Shown here one piece after another: positions 11,701 to 24,112 of a stretch of DNA of 64,000 nucleotides; within the stretch, counting starts at the first letter, position 1, and each line of letters starts with the position of its first letter. The position numbers were made by a program, and so were the translations under genes. Location: positions 20,774,000-20,837,999 of the forward strand of contig NC_089978.1 of the NCBI RefSeq assembly GCF_036417845.1. The letters run 5' to 3'. The stretch comes from Apteryx mantelli. Taxonomy: Eukaryota. The notes below the pieces were generated by a model, which worked only from the letters and a program-made list of their open reading frames with translations, made no database searches and was not told where the DNA came from.

Positions 11701-13942
11701 TATTTGACTTAATGACATCAGTGCTGTCTGTGGCCAGTGCGACCTGTTTTTGTAGGTCAGTAATTTATATACTGAATTTTGAACTGCTGTCTTGTTCTCC
11801 CTCCTTCCCTGTTTAAGGTTCTGAATTATGAGTAAACGGAAGTGTATGAAAGTGAGAGTGTAATTTGAGGAAATAACTTATTCTCTCCACAGATTCTGTA
11901 GGCAGAATTTGTGCAGCACTTTGTTAAGCGTGATAGTAGTGATAAAAGTTGAAGAGTAGAGATTGCAGTATTGGGAAAGAAAGAAACTGACCTAAGACGC
12001 TGATAGAGGAAGAAATGGATGTAGAAAATACTGCTGCAAAAAGCTGTGCCTTACTCTAGGAAACAAAATAGTATTAGCAGAGGAATGAGATCAAGGAAAT
12101 TGCATTGCTGTGTTTTATTACCTCAAGAGCATACAAATGCTCTCTCCCCTCTCCCCCATCAATTTCCTCTCCTGTAACTTGAGAATTCATTCATCAGTCT
12201 TAATGAGACTTGATAGAGTATTAAGGGATTCAAACAGTTAATGTTCATAATGAGTTCTATGGAAATAAGTAGTTAGCAGAGAAATTCTCTTAACACCTAC
12301 ACTGAAGTAAAGCTTTAGAGGTCAGAGAATTCACATAAAGAGGAAAAAAAAGTCATAAATATCACAACTCTCTGGTGTTTGAGCCTGTCTGGGCACTTAA
12401 GTGAGTCTCCCTCATGTATACGTTAGGAAAATAAGATCTTAAAGGTTAAATGATCATGATTCATAGAATGATCATGCTGTGATTGTATTTTTCAGCAGTA
12501 CGCTAAAATACATATTTTATGCAATATTAGATCTTTGGGGATTATGGAAACTGTAATTTGAAGTATGATGGAACAAGTCTTTCATTCTCCCCTGCTAGTA
12601 GGGTTAGCTATCAGACAAATACATTTTTTGATAAATCTTTCAAATCCTTTTCAGGCACTTGTGTTTTGTTTGGGGGACGGGATGGGACAGGAGCAGTGGA
12701 GGTTACTTGAAGAAACATATTTGTACTGCCTAAATGTGAACAGACTTCAGCCATCTCTTCTGGATCCATCTGGTTCCAGTGATCCGGAACTGCCCTAGCT
12801 CCTGTCACTGTCTCTTGTGCTGGAGATACCGGACTCCACTGATCTATTGAAGAAGCTGTTAATACATGCTTTTCTTAGTTTATTTAAGACAGACTAGCTG
12901 AATCAGCAGATCGTTGGAGATGGTGACCTCCAGCAGGGGTGAGCCAGAAGAGTTTGTGTACCTGTAGCTTAAATCTTACAAATCATTCAGACTTACAGGC
13001 TCAGACACCATCTTAACCACTGGAGATGCCTAAGAATAATCTTAACCTCTATTCTGGGCATTGAATTTCCTAAGCTTCCAAGCACGGTCCTGTGTACATG
13101 CTCAGAATGTCTTGAATGCCAAATTCTTTATGCCATCTCTTGCCCGTGATCAGTTCTAGTTCAGAGATGGGCGCAGAGATGATTATGCTGTAGAATGCTG
13201 CATATCTGTTTGTTAGCTGTGCCCAGATCAGTCACTTACATGACATGGGTTCTAGTACAGATTGCAGCTGCTTTGGAGTGATGATGCTGTCCATTCTTTG
13301 CAGAAAGTTTTGTGGCTTAAAATACTCTTGCGGGAATTGAGACACTGGGCTTCTGAACCCTCCTTGACCCATCCACCATTTTTGGTGACTAGCTTCAAAA
13401 GTGGACCCCCACGTTTTGGATCCCAGATCAAGGGAGGTGCCTGCAGTACAAGTAATATGGATGCTTAGCCAAAAGTACCTTTTTATCGAGGGTTCTGTTG
13501 GCTAGCTTTTGAATGTTTCTTGATCTTCATGCAACAGCACTGAATAACTATACAAAAGTGCTTATGATTTCTGTTTTTAAAGGTAGATATCTCACTTAGG
13601 CTAATTCACTTTCTTGCTTCTTTGCTTAAATAGAATACAAGCTTTGAATTACCTGCCTTAGTTCAAGAGCCTACTTTGTAGGCAGTGAGACAGTAAGCTT
13701 TTTGTTTTGTAAGGTGGCTCAAGGGAGGTAGATCTTGCTCTTTGTTCAAAAGAGAGGATTTAATCAGGGAAGTGAACATGACAGTTAGTTGAAACAAGTG
13801 TGAGCAGACTGTTGTGAGATTAAACTATTTGAGGTAATGAGAAGTGTCATGACTGATGCAACATAAACCTAATCGTATATGTATAATAATATCTATTGGT
13901 GTCACTTGGACTGTGTTTGACATCTATTTATGTCTTGTTCAG

Positions 13943-14104
13943 GCTCGACAGAACTCGTGTTTGTAAGCCACGTTATAAATCCATGCCACTTCTATATTCG
14001 GAGATACTCACAGAAGAAAGTAGCAGGTGTTTTGGAGAAGAAATTGAAAAACTTTTGTCATAGTACGAGTTCCTATCTCTGGCCTTCAGATGTTTTGGAA
14101 CTAG
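13943..14104 (+). CDS. RNF17: RNF17 coding exon (N-terminal flank of Tudor 1)
   Basis: Acceptor tgtcttgttcag|G; donor CTAG|gtaact (gt 14105-14106). Frame matches ORF-track 13930..14136. Peptide (G)[53 protein letters not shown]. It joins directly after ...IIEDDEE as in human. Confidence 0.9.
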
Positions 14105-15309
14105 GTAACTTAGTCACTTCCAAAGGCCTACATTAGCTTAAAATACCATCTTGCAGTATTTCTTCCTTAGTTCTCGCTTCTAGAAGGTGTTTAGAAAACT
14201 TACAAAAATTATGTATTAATTTGAATAGACAGTAAAGTTTAATATTACTTTGGAATGTATCAGTTTTATTCTAGTAATACATTTTTTGAAAAATTTGGAG
14301 ACTAAATTTGAGCTAGGGTACATTATGCAGAAGTGGGGAACTTGTGGAATATTTAGTTCTAAATGTTTTGATGTTGGGGTTATTGTGCACCAGGTAGGTG
14401 CTGGTTCTTTCCGGATCTTAGTAAGAAAGAATGCCCACTCAAATCTTTACATGTAATATGATGCTTAATCAGAATATTCAGAGATAGAACTGGAATGCAA
14501 GATTAGCAATTAAAATCATCTGATGGTGGAAGGCCTGAGATGATACAGAATTGAACAAACCTCTTAATCAGGACATGGAGCACTGTGTAGATCCTGTCCA
14601 TGGTGAGGTTCACCAGCATTTTGGTCTTTAGAGCTCTTACAGGTTTTTCTTAGAATAAAACATCTGTATTTATTCATACTGTCAAGCAAAAGGATGTTCT
14701 CATGTGAACATGCTGCTTCAGTTTTAGATAAAGATGAGGTCACAGGTGGTACAATCACCGGTGCCAAGTGGGAGCTGCCTACGGGTTCCTCTGTTACAGT
14801 TAGCTGGACAAGTTTATCCTGCAGCCAAGGGATATGTGCAGCACAGCGCAGGCCAGTGCCTGCTCAGGTCAGCTGTTCTGTGAATCGCTAAATCTTCAGT
14901 GTACAGTAGTCTTCCTGGTTAGGATCACTGCAGAGATTTTTAAATTTTTTTTCATAAAGGATTTTTTTATGTGAACTTGACTGAACTATTGCAAATAAAC
15001 TAGACTTTCCTGGGTTTGGGTGTTTCAGTAATAGGTATAGAAGGTTTACCAGAAATATTTTTTAATGCAAGCCAACCACCTCCTAGCTGTACAGACATTG
15101 TGTAAATGAATGTGGGGAGAAAACTTCTATTGGATATCAAGACAAGGTTTTTAATGTCTTTGTATCTTTATTTTAGAGGTAGCACTCTTCTACCTTTGCA
15201 AAAGAGTGAAAGCAGTAGACCATTATATAGAACTGTAATAGCAGTACTTACAATGCAGGATATCTACAAATTCTGAATTTAGTCTGTTTTTTCATTTGCT
15301 TTTCTATAG

Positions 15310-15499
15310 GTGCTAGAACTTTTATTAAGAGTAAAGAAAATGGAATGTGGTGCCGTGGAACTATCACTGAACTAGTTCCCCTAAAAAGTAAAAATGTGAG
15401 GAAGCCTTGTGGTTCAGTAAGATACAAAGTTTGTGATATTGCAGTGATGGAAGTATTCCTGATAGATTTTGGGAGTTCGGAAGTTCTAATTTTTTCAAG
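15310..15499 (+). CDS. RNF17: RNF17 coding exon (Tudor 1 core)
   Basis: Acceptor tttctatag|G; donor CAAG|gtatgt. Frame matches ORF-track 15345..15545. Peptide (G)ARTFIKSKENGMWCRGTITELVPLKSKNVRKPCGSVRYKVCDIAVMEVFLIDFGSSEVLIFS. Confidence 0.9.
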
Positions 15500-15886
15500 G
15501 TATGTTTACAGAGAGTGTTGTTTGTCAGCAGTTGTTGTCCTTTGACTGTAGTTTCTCAAGAGGATCTCTACTAAGAAACAAATCCTTAATCAGTAAATAA
15601 GCTTCATGCAAGCTGATAAATATTCATATGACACTAGTATTCTTTACATCTCTCTCTCAGAAAAATTGGAGGTGTATGTAAGTACACAAATGAACTAATC
15701 TTCACGTTAAAATGTTTAAGTTAGACTTGTATTGCAGAAAGAGAATGTGTGAGTTCTGAATGTTTAAGAACAAGAAATGCATTTTATTCAGGCACTAAAC
15801 TTTCTAGATCTGTTTTAATCTCATGACATTATGCCAATTAAAGTTTGGGTTTTGCTCTTCTTTCAAACTGCTTTTATTTCCATTAG

Positions 15887-16058
15887 CAATAGATATGTTC
15901 CTGTTGAAAGGCCTGAAACTGCTGCCTTGCAAATTATTGACACAGATGATGTTTGTTTGTTTGTAAGAAAGCCTGATCAGCATATTGAGGCACAACTTGC
16001 TGCTATTCCTCCTTTAGCGGTACTGTGTTCATTGAAGGATATTGTTCCCAAAAATACG
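15887..16058 (+). CDS. RNF17: RNF17 coding exon
   Basis: Acceptor ttatttccattag|C; donor ACG|gtaagt (gt 16059-16060). Frame matches ORF-track 15831..16106. Peptide SNRYVPVERPETAALQIIDTDDVCLFVRKPDQHIEAQLAAIPPLAVLCSLKDIVPKNT. Confidence 0.85.
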
Positions 16059-17368
16059 GTAAGTAAAAGATGTTCTTGCTATTTCATGAGATTTTTTTTC
16101 TGCTGAGAATTTATGTTAAAGAATTTAAATGCATAATTTACAATAGTCTTCTAGTATAAACAGAAAAACCCCATGAGGAGTAAAGAGTGTATATAAATTT
16201 ATTAAATATTTATATTAAATGAAGACAGATGTCTGTAAGCTTGTTGCTTTCTAGCTATAAAAAGCCTGTGTTTACAGTGATACATTGCAGGTTTAAATCT
16301 CATCGCTTTTTTGCAGAGATGTTCTTTTGTCAAATTCAAAAACAAATGATAGAACTGAAGTTTTTATTTTATGGCTGTCTGATAGCTTCATGCAAATGGC
16401 AACTTTCAAAAATAATCAAAATAGAAAAATAATGGCTTTAGTTATTCAGGGAGCCTACTGGGGTTATCCTTTATTACTTGAAATCTTGTGCCCTATGTTA
16501 AAAAGTGTCATTTGTTTCTTTTTTTTTAGTATAAAACCAAATTTAAAACTTTGAGCCCTTATTCCCCTAGGAAAGGACATAAATGGCAGCTTTTTTTCTT
16601 CAGTGTTCACTCTTATTTATTCGGTTACTTTTTGCAGCATTCACAGGGGAATGCGTATGTCCAACACAGTTGTGTATTTCTGACAATATAACTGCTGGTG
16701 TCTTTTACTAGTCTGAGATCATCTGAAATAGCTTTAAATAGGACAGATCTGGAACAAACTCCACAAATCTGAATAAATTGTCCCATCCCGTCGTCCCCCC
16801 CCCACCATGGGCTTGGATCTTCAAACCTAAAAAACACAAATTTGAAGTACCAAATGCATTAATTTGATTCAAGAGAATTAAGTTTAGACAAGCTATTTCA
16901 AGGTAGATAAAATGACACAAAGGATGTTGTGGAGAGGAAGAATATGTAAGTTGAATGAACAGCTATAGCGTGTTATACATTTGTTTAAAGATATAAAAGG
17001 GAAACGATAAATTTTCAGACAGCTTAGAGCAAAAATGTAAGTAGTGAGATAAAACTGCATGTTGGCAATTCTAGTCTGTCTGTCAGGAAAATCAGAAGTA
17101 TTGAGTTTAAAGAAAGGATGGTACAAATTACAACCCTTTGTTCTAACTCAATTTTATGCAGTTAAAAACATTTATAAATCCATCACAAAGAATACTGTCT
17201 TGTGCTGTCCAGACTGCAGACTAGACAATCTTGATAGGTCTCATAGGTGGGTTAAGTATTCCATCTGTACAGGTGTGTATGTATTCACTTCCCTGCTTCC
17301 CTTCACCCGTCCCTGATTTGGAAGTCCCAGACATCTTGAATAACTTTTTTTCCTTCTGCTTAACACAG

Positions 17369-17559
17369 AGTGAAGGTTGGGGACAGGAAGCAAAGACAGA
17401 ATTTTTAAAAATGGTAAATAATAAAGTTGTTTTAATGAGCATATTTAGAGAAGAGGACGGTGTGCTCATTGTGGATCTGAAAAAACCTCCATTTAACAAA
17501 ATAAGCAATAACATGCCAGTGTCTCTCAAGGATGCATTAGTTTTTTTAGACTTGGCAAG
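17369..17559 (+). CDS. RNF17: RNF17 coding exon (extended Tudor/SN-like module)
   Basis: Acceptor ttaacacag|A; donor CAAG|gtacgt. Frame matches ORF-track 17231..17785. Peptide [63 protein letters not shown]. Confidence 0.9.
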
Positions 17560-18607
17560 GTACGTGTTTTCTTTTAGTTTATGCTCTTATGCCATCAATG
17601 ATAATTGCATAATACTTTTAAAATTAAGAAATTTACCAAGCAAATTATTTTTGCAGTGGTTGAGATTTATTAATCTTCAGCAATATCTGAACCTAACTTT
17701 TTACACCTTTGCTAATAAACATTGTTGCATGTTCATTTTCACTACTCAGGGCTTTATTTGGATAACAGATCTTAACTCATTTTAGAAAATGACAAAAATT
17801 AAGTTCCTGTATAGGTTTGGTGAGATTAATGGCAAGGATGTGAAAGGAGAAGCTTAGTGCCCCCCACCAACAGAAAAGAATGCAAAAATCAGCCTTTGTC
17901 TTTTTGGTTTGGCTGGTGACAACCAGGCTAGTCAACATGTGCGGCTTCCAACCATCCACGTGATGTGATGCATGTAGCTCAACAAATAACTAAAGATCAG
18001 GCATAAGGGGAGCTTGCTGGCATCACGGCAGAAGAGAGCGCTGCTTTGGAGGGACTAGTGGAGGTCCACAGGCAGGGGATAGAGAAGAACATGAGTGTTA
18101 GATTTGGGATTTGGGCGCAGGGGTATGGTATGCAAATCTGTAGGAAATTAGAGTTCATTCTGCTGCACACAGAGCAACTTATTTGTTTGTATTTATAAAT
18201 ATTTACTCAGAGTAAAAAATAAATTACCTCTCACTGATCTCTCCATCTACATGCCTCTGGTAATCACTTTTTTTCTCAAAATGGTTTTGTCAATGTAATG
18301 AGTTCTAGTCTTTTGCTTTAATTTTTTTAAATGATTTAAATGCACAGTACTGCTTTCCAAATGAAAAAATCTGTTTTAAGGCCAGCTGCTATATTACATT
18401 TGTGGAGGGAGAAGCACTAAGGTAGAGAAATTTGGTTGGGCAGACTGCAAGAAGGCAAGTTCAGACTATTCATACAAATGTGGATGAAATTATTTTTAAG
18501 AGACCATTCTGCATTTTTCATGAGAAATTTCACATCTGGATATGAAAGGTTTCCTGCTTAGTTAATTTTGGCAGAATTTATTCAAAATCTCTTTTTGTTT
18601 ACTTTAG

Positions 18608-18746
18608 ATTTAGATCACAGCTTCCCAGTGAATTAGAAAATAATGTAATCTTGCGGTATAGTCCACCTAAAATACCACAAGAAACAGAAGTCGTCTCTGT
18701 TGTAGTTTGTCATATTAATAGTCCTAGTGATTTCTATCTCCAATTG
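18608..18746 (+). CDS. RNF17: RNF17 coding exon (start of Tudor 2)
   Basis: Acceptor tttactttag|A; donor TTG|gtaagt (gt 18747-18748). Phase 2 in, 0 out. Peptide (R)[46 protein letters not shown]. Confidence 0.85.
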
Positions 18747-19146
18747 GTAAGTTTAGAAATAAGTTCTGTTAAAATATTTGTACAGAGGTTTATTTAAGTG
18801 TTGAACTACTTAGAGTCCACATTAAATGACCTCAGATTTCCATTAATTTTTAGCAAAATTCTAAAAAGTTAACTTTTTTTTTGGTCACTGTCTTGTTACA
18901 TGCTTAATAGCTATGTGGGTACATAGAGTCTTACTGTTTAGCGTGATGACTGAACAGGTCATTATTAAAAAATTGTTAGGTTCTTTAATTCACTTTGCAT
19001 GTTCATAACCATCATTTAATTTGGGAGGATGACAAGTGCACTACTAGATAAAACATCCATTTAAAAAAATATATCATTGTGAAAATTCAGAATGTTCTTA
19101 GCCTAATGTGTGTGTGTTACAGGAGGTTTTGTTTTTCATATTTTAG

Positions 19147-19300
19147 ATGGATAGCCTGGATTTTTTAGCTCTTCTAAAGAAAATTGAGGAGATATACAAA
19201 CATGAGGGTAGGGAAAATTTGGAGATTGTCTGCCCAGTTGAAGGGCAAGCCTGTATTGCAAAATACAAACATGGAATTTGGTGCAGAGCGCAGATTATAG
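19147..19300 (+). CDS. RNF17: RNF17 coding exon (Tudor 2 core)
   Basis: Acceptor ttttag|ATG; donor ATAG|gtgaag. Frame matches ORF-track 19147..19437. Peptide [51 protein letters not shown]. Confidence 0.9.
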
Positions 19301-19307
19301 GTGAAGT

Positions 19308-19390
19308 ATTGATATTTTTTTTCCCCACTGTATTGATATTTTTTTTCCCCACTGTATTGACGACTTTTTTTTTCCCCACTGTAATGTTAA
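19308..19390. repeat. tandem repeat, ~3 copies of a 24-27 nt unit TATTGA(T/CG)A-T(8-9)-CCCCACTG
   Basis: Read directly: tattgatattttttttccccactg / tattgatattttttttccccactg / tattgacgactttttttttccccactg. It starts 8 nt after the donor of the 19147-19300 exon. Confidence 0.85.
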
Positions 19391-19789
19391 GTTGCAAAAT
19401 TAGAAATGACACTGAGTCACACACTGGATATGAATAATAACAAACAGTAATTATTTTTATCGGGAATTTTTATACCGACAGCTAGCTTCATAAATTTCAT
19501 CATACTAGTGCATGTTATGTTCTCTTCTTTTGCTATTAATAGATTGTTTTGTATATATATATATTCTTAAGAATATATGAGAGGCAGTACATTTCACTTT
19601 CTATAAACTATTGAAATTCCATTATATAATTACTGTTAATAATATCTTTTCACTTATTACAATTTCAGTTTACAAATCTGTCTTTTATATCCAATCTCTG
19701 AGTGTAAACTGTGTAGAAGAGAATCAAACAAAATGCCCACTGCACTTATGTGGAGGAATGGTTAGATCAAAAGGGCCATGATCTGTTAA

Positions 19790-20195
19790 AAGTGAGCAAT
19801 CCCGCCTACGATTACATAGAATAAGGTTCAGCATGTGGGCAAGCTGCTGTCCTTGAAGTCTCCTCTAAACGATGAAAACAGGAACATCGCCGGTGTCGAC
19901 ATCAAGAAAAGGGGAAGCAGCACACAGCTCTGACCGCAAAGCTAGTAACACAAGCAGTCGCCCGACACCAATCCTGTCGAGGCACATCGCGCGTATACAG
20001 GGGGCCTTAACCAACAGTAGCATTGTTACTAACGCAAGCTTCTGCTCATTGTCTATATATACTCTGTAAAAGCTTGAATAAAGAGAGAACGACCATACTC
20101 ATATTGAGACTCATCGTTACTCCGGGCCCGTCCCCCACTCCGACACACTTAAATTCCAGGGATAGGTAGCAACCCGTTATCCCTGTAGCAATTCC
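19790..20195 (+). mobile_element. probable solo LTR of an endogenous retrovirus (U3-R-U5 organisation)
   Basis: Sharp GC-rich island in an AT-rich intron. TATA-like ctatatatac (~20052) is followed 25-30 nt later by aataaag (20080-20086), then a CA-rich U5-like stretch ending ...ccctgtagca (LTR-terminal CA). No flanking ORFs. The boundaries, target-site duplication and family are not determined. Confidence 0.45.
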
Positions 20196-20597
20196 AAAGT
20201 TTCTTTCAAAATGAAAGCTGTGATGGCATCTTAAGTTGTCATTGTGAGTAGTGTGGTGTATTTAACAAGCCTGCATGTGTACTTTCTTGTATACTTGGTA
20301 CATACTTAACATGCCACTGTCTCTCTCATAAAATTGCAAGATGGCAACCAAACAAGATGGACCAAAATGTTAACTGTATCATTTCAGGAATCCCACAGAG
20401 CTGGCTTTTAAAGACTATAGTTTTGAATTGGGATATAAAATATTTCAAAATGTGACATTTCATGCTTATAGGATGTAAATGTGGATTTTGCTTTGAAACT
20501 GACAACTTTTTTTTTATTTATATCTAATACTTATTTTCTGTTTTAGTAACTTAAAAGTTTATCTAATGTTATGATTTCTGGGTTGTTTTTCTTGAAG

Positions 20598-20713
20598 GGC
20601 TGCCAAGTCATCAGGAGGTTGTGGTAAAATATGTTGACTTTGGCAACATTGCTAAAATAAGTCTTAAAGACATATACAAAGTAAAAAAGGAATTTCTGAG
20701 CTTTCCAGAAAAG
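20598..20713 (+). CDS. RNF17: RNF17 coding exon (Tudor 2 C-terminal half)
   Basis: Acceptor ttttcttgaag|G; donor AAG|gtaagt (gt 20714-20715). Peptide (G)[38 protein letters not shown]. Confidence 0.9.
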
Positions 20714-23059
20714 GTAAGTTAATGCTTGCCCATAATAAATATTGAAAATAAATAGACTCTCAAAGGATGGAAGGGGAAAGAGAGGATTGTGCGCTTTCTG
20801 AAGTAAATAAAATGTTAAGCAAGTAAGAGGTTGTTACAATTTCTTTTCAAATGGGTTTATGATGAGGCATTTGAAGTGTGTTTTGAGTGCAATCTGAAAA
20901 CCTTTTTTTTTTGTGATGTTACTTGGTTTTGAATGAAATTAGAGTTTACCTTGGGGTGTTTTTTTTGTTTTTGGGGGGGTTTGTTTTTGTTGTTTGTTTT
21001 TTAATGCCTTGTCCTATTCCGTAGATAGCCCAACTAATTTTTACATTCTTTAACTTTCAAACAATGATCTAATAATGCTCTTGGAGGTGGGTTTTTTGTT
21101 GTTGTTGTTGTTTTGTTTGTTTTTTTTAAGGCATTTAGAGTTTGAGGTTTTCTTAACATTGGATCTTGTAGAAGTGTTTTTGGTTTTTGACAAGGGGCAA
21201 ATCTGAATGGGAAAGGAAAAGGGTTTTTTTTGTCAAAAATGCACGTAAGTAGAAAATTTTTTTTCAGCTGTTCAGTAGATGGTTCTAGTTGCCAACTACA
21301 ATTATACTAAACTGAAAAACTTCATATGTCAGTGGGTGTGTTTTTTAAACCTGTAGGCACCAGAAGTAGTAATTATTACAATTAAGGTTAACCAGTACCA
21401 GTTACTGAAACAGGGTTTAGTTGCTTATATTTTGAACAGCTCTTGCTGGGGAAAGTTTCAGCCAAAATCATTCAGCTGTTTTTGACAGCAAGGGAGAGGA
21501 AATGCTCTGAAAATGGTAAAGGGTTCTTGCAGTTGCAGTGTTTTGATGCTTCCTATCAGAGTGATTAATGAATAAGGGTGTTGAGTTGATGTGCATTATC
21601 CCATCATTCCATTTGGTTGCTTATTACTGACCAAACATACGTCCTCAGAAAAATCTGTTAGGAGTTTGTTAGCCATTGAACACATTACTATTTGGTCTCC
21701 TCACTTTCAGCATAAAGGAGAAGGGACTAAAGAGTACACGTGCAGAAGGATGTAGAGCCCCTAGAGAATGATTTACAAAACCTCGAACCAGTCAGCTGTC
21801 AAATTTCTGTGTTCTTCTGTCATCTGTAGTTTACTATGAAGCACTTTGGCAAGGTGTTTAAACCTGAAGTTTGCATAAAAAATAGCTTTCTATTGCTATT
21901 GGTTCTTTAAATTCAAGTAGTAGAAAGATCTCCAAGAGTTAGTGTGCTTATGTGTTGCTATGCTTTCATACCTTTTCATTTTTTAAAAAATAATTTATGA
22001 AGGGTTTAAAATTCCTTGAAACATGAATGAACACAAGACTGCAAAATCAGGTGTTCTGAAGGTAAGAAATGCAGAGTTGAGGTTGCTTTTGCAAGTCTGT
22101 CCTGTTGCATGTAAGCATTGACAGGTCTTCATCACATGATCACGTTGTATTGCCCCAAATGTAAGTTGGTAAGAGATTTAAATTAGACTGTTATAAGAAA
22201 AACTGGACTTCCAGCGCATTTTACGGCTATCTTAACAGACTCAAGTGGTGCAGAAGTCTTGCCAAGACTGGAAAGGGCAAAACTGTGTAATGTGAGTTGG
22301 CCTTAGCATCCATGGCCCTTTTTTTCAAAGGTTATCTAATTTATCAGCCCACTTCATTTTCCTGTTCCTGACTGCTTGTATCCTAAGAATATCTGCACAA
22401 AATACTCTTATTTCTATTGCCCTATTCTTTTTCTCTCCCTTGTCCCCCACCTTTGTTAACTCTTCTTACTTTTGATGTGACAATTTGCTTAAAAAAGGAA
22501 CTTTTTAATCTTTGTTTCAAAGTACTTCATTTTTTTCTGATTTCCTGTCTGTCTTTTTTTGTGTATCCTAATTAATACCTTTCCAAACTTTCTTTGGCAA
22601 TTTTCTGACATAGTTACTGTGGAACTGAGGTGTCTGCCTGTAGTCTTTCAGACTTATACAATGATACAATCATGCTAACCTTAGATGATTTGAGCCTGTA
22701 TGTTACATTCAGATCAGCAAAACCGGATGAAGGTTTTCTTTTTCACTTCTGTGCAGTAGTCATTCTTGATTTTTTTGCAGCCAATTCTATACCTAACCAT
22801 AAAGGGAGTCAGGGAGAAGTAAAGCACTTTATATTTCAGCAAGAACATAATCTGAATTTGAGGTTCATGTCCTGCTGCAGGCTGTGAAGGGACCTTGTGG
22901 AGAACATCTTAAATCAGATCAAGGACTAATGATGTGGAAACAGGCCAGGGTCACGCTGTCTTGCTGTTCTGCACGGGTACACAACAAAGGCTGTGATTTG
23001 GCTGTAAAGGGATGGTCTTGATATGTGATGGTAGATATGTAATTTGAATTATTCTTTAG

Positions 23060-23180
23060 GCAATCAGGAGCAAGCTGGCTTACATTGAGCCTTATAAAGG
23101 AGCAAGTGAGTGGACCAGAGCAGCCAAAGAAAGGCTTGAAGAAATGACTGAAGATAAATTTATGCTATGTTCAGTTGTTA
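23060..23180 (+). CDS. RNF17: RNF17 coding exon
   Basis: Acceptor attctttag|G; donor GTTA|gtaagt. Peptide AIRSKLAYIEPYKGASEWTRAAKERLEEMTEDKFMLCSVV. Confidence 0.85.
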
Positions 23181-23916
23181 GTAAGTTATCAAGAGTGTAT
23201 CAGTCTTTATTTAAATATTCTTAAATTAATTCAGAAATAAAAATGTACACTTTCATATCTTAAATAGTGTTTGTTTGAAATTCTTACGTTCATACTTGTG
23301 ACAGGTAGCCTGGAGTGAGAGTGTCCAAACACAAAGTAACTGGAGGAGAGGTAATAGATACAGCCTCTGACAAAAAGCTGTTTGTCTCTCTTATGGGCCA
23401 CACCAGTGTTAATTGGTTTATTAGAATTGGCTTGTTTCTAAGGGTGCTGATCATCCTTGACTCTCCCTGACTTCATTGGGAGCTATGAATGCGACCACTG
23501 CTGGTCTTAAGCATCCCCAAAAAATGAAGTTTGGTAACACTCATGAGTCTTAGTAGGTTTTTTCTCAATACCATTTATTGTTAATGTATAGGTGATTATT
23601 TTTCTACAGCTGTGGAATGATGACCCATCTGATAAATGAAATTACATGCAGCAGTTGTTTTTTATACATATGTATTTATAGTGTATAAACAAGGTGTTCA
23701 TACTGTACTTATTGGTGTCTTTTAAGTTAATTTCACAGATGTGTGCAAAGTTAAGCCTCTAGACTATTGATATTCAGGATCAAATTATTTTATAAATCAG
23801 ATACAGTTTTACAAAGTTTGGCCTCTTCCTAACCATTTACCTTGTCTCCAAAACCATTAACAGTCTTTTTACTAGCATTGTTTAGTGCTAATTACGTTTA
23901 TATTCTTCATTCACAG

Positions 23917-24034
23917 AAATTTTAGAAAATAACTTTTTATCTGTTGAACTCTTTGACTCCTCTGCTGTTCCTGGAAGATGCTCTAGTATTAACCGTCAGT
24001 TAGTTAAAGAAGACCTAGCATCCTACATATCTGG
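23917..24034 (+). CDS. RNF17: RNF17 coding exon
   Basis: Acceptor ttcattcacag|A; donor CTGG|gtaaat. Peptide (K)[38 protein letters not shown](G). Confidence 0.85.
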
Positions 24035-24057
24035 GTAAATATGCTGTGCATAATGTA

Positions 24058-24112
24058 AATATATATATATATAAATACAAATATATATATAATATAAAAA
24101 TATATAAAATCT
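24058..24112. repeat. (AT)n-rich simple repeat
   Basis: atatatatatataaatacaaatatatatataatataaaaatatataaaat read directly. Confidence 0.8.

Noticed and set aside
17231-17785. 184-aa ORF-track entry on + strand
   Set aside because: Only 17369-17559 is exon, with acceptor cacag| and donor CAAG|gtacgt. The remainder is intronic read-through, and the N-terminal M is not a start codon.
19872-20069. 65-aa S/T/R-rich ORF
   Set aside because: It lies entirely inside the GC-rich LTR-like insertion. There are no flanking gag/pol-like ORFs, so I interpret it as LTR sequence, not a gene.
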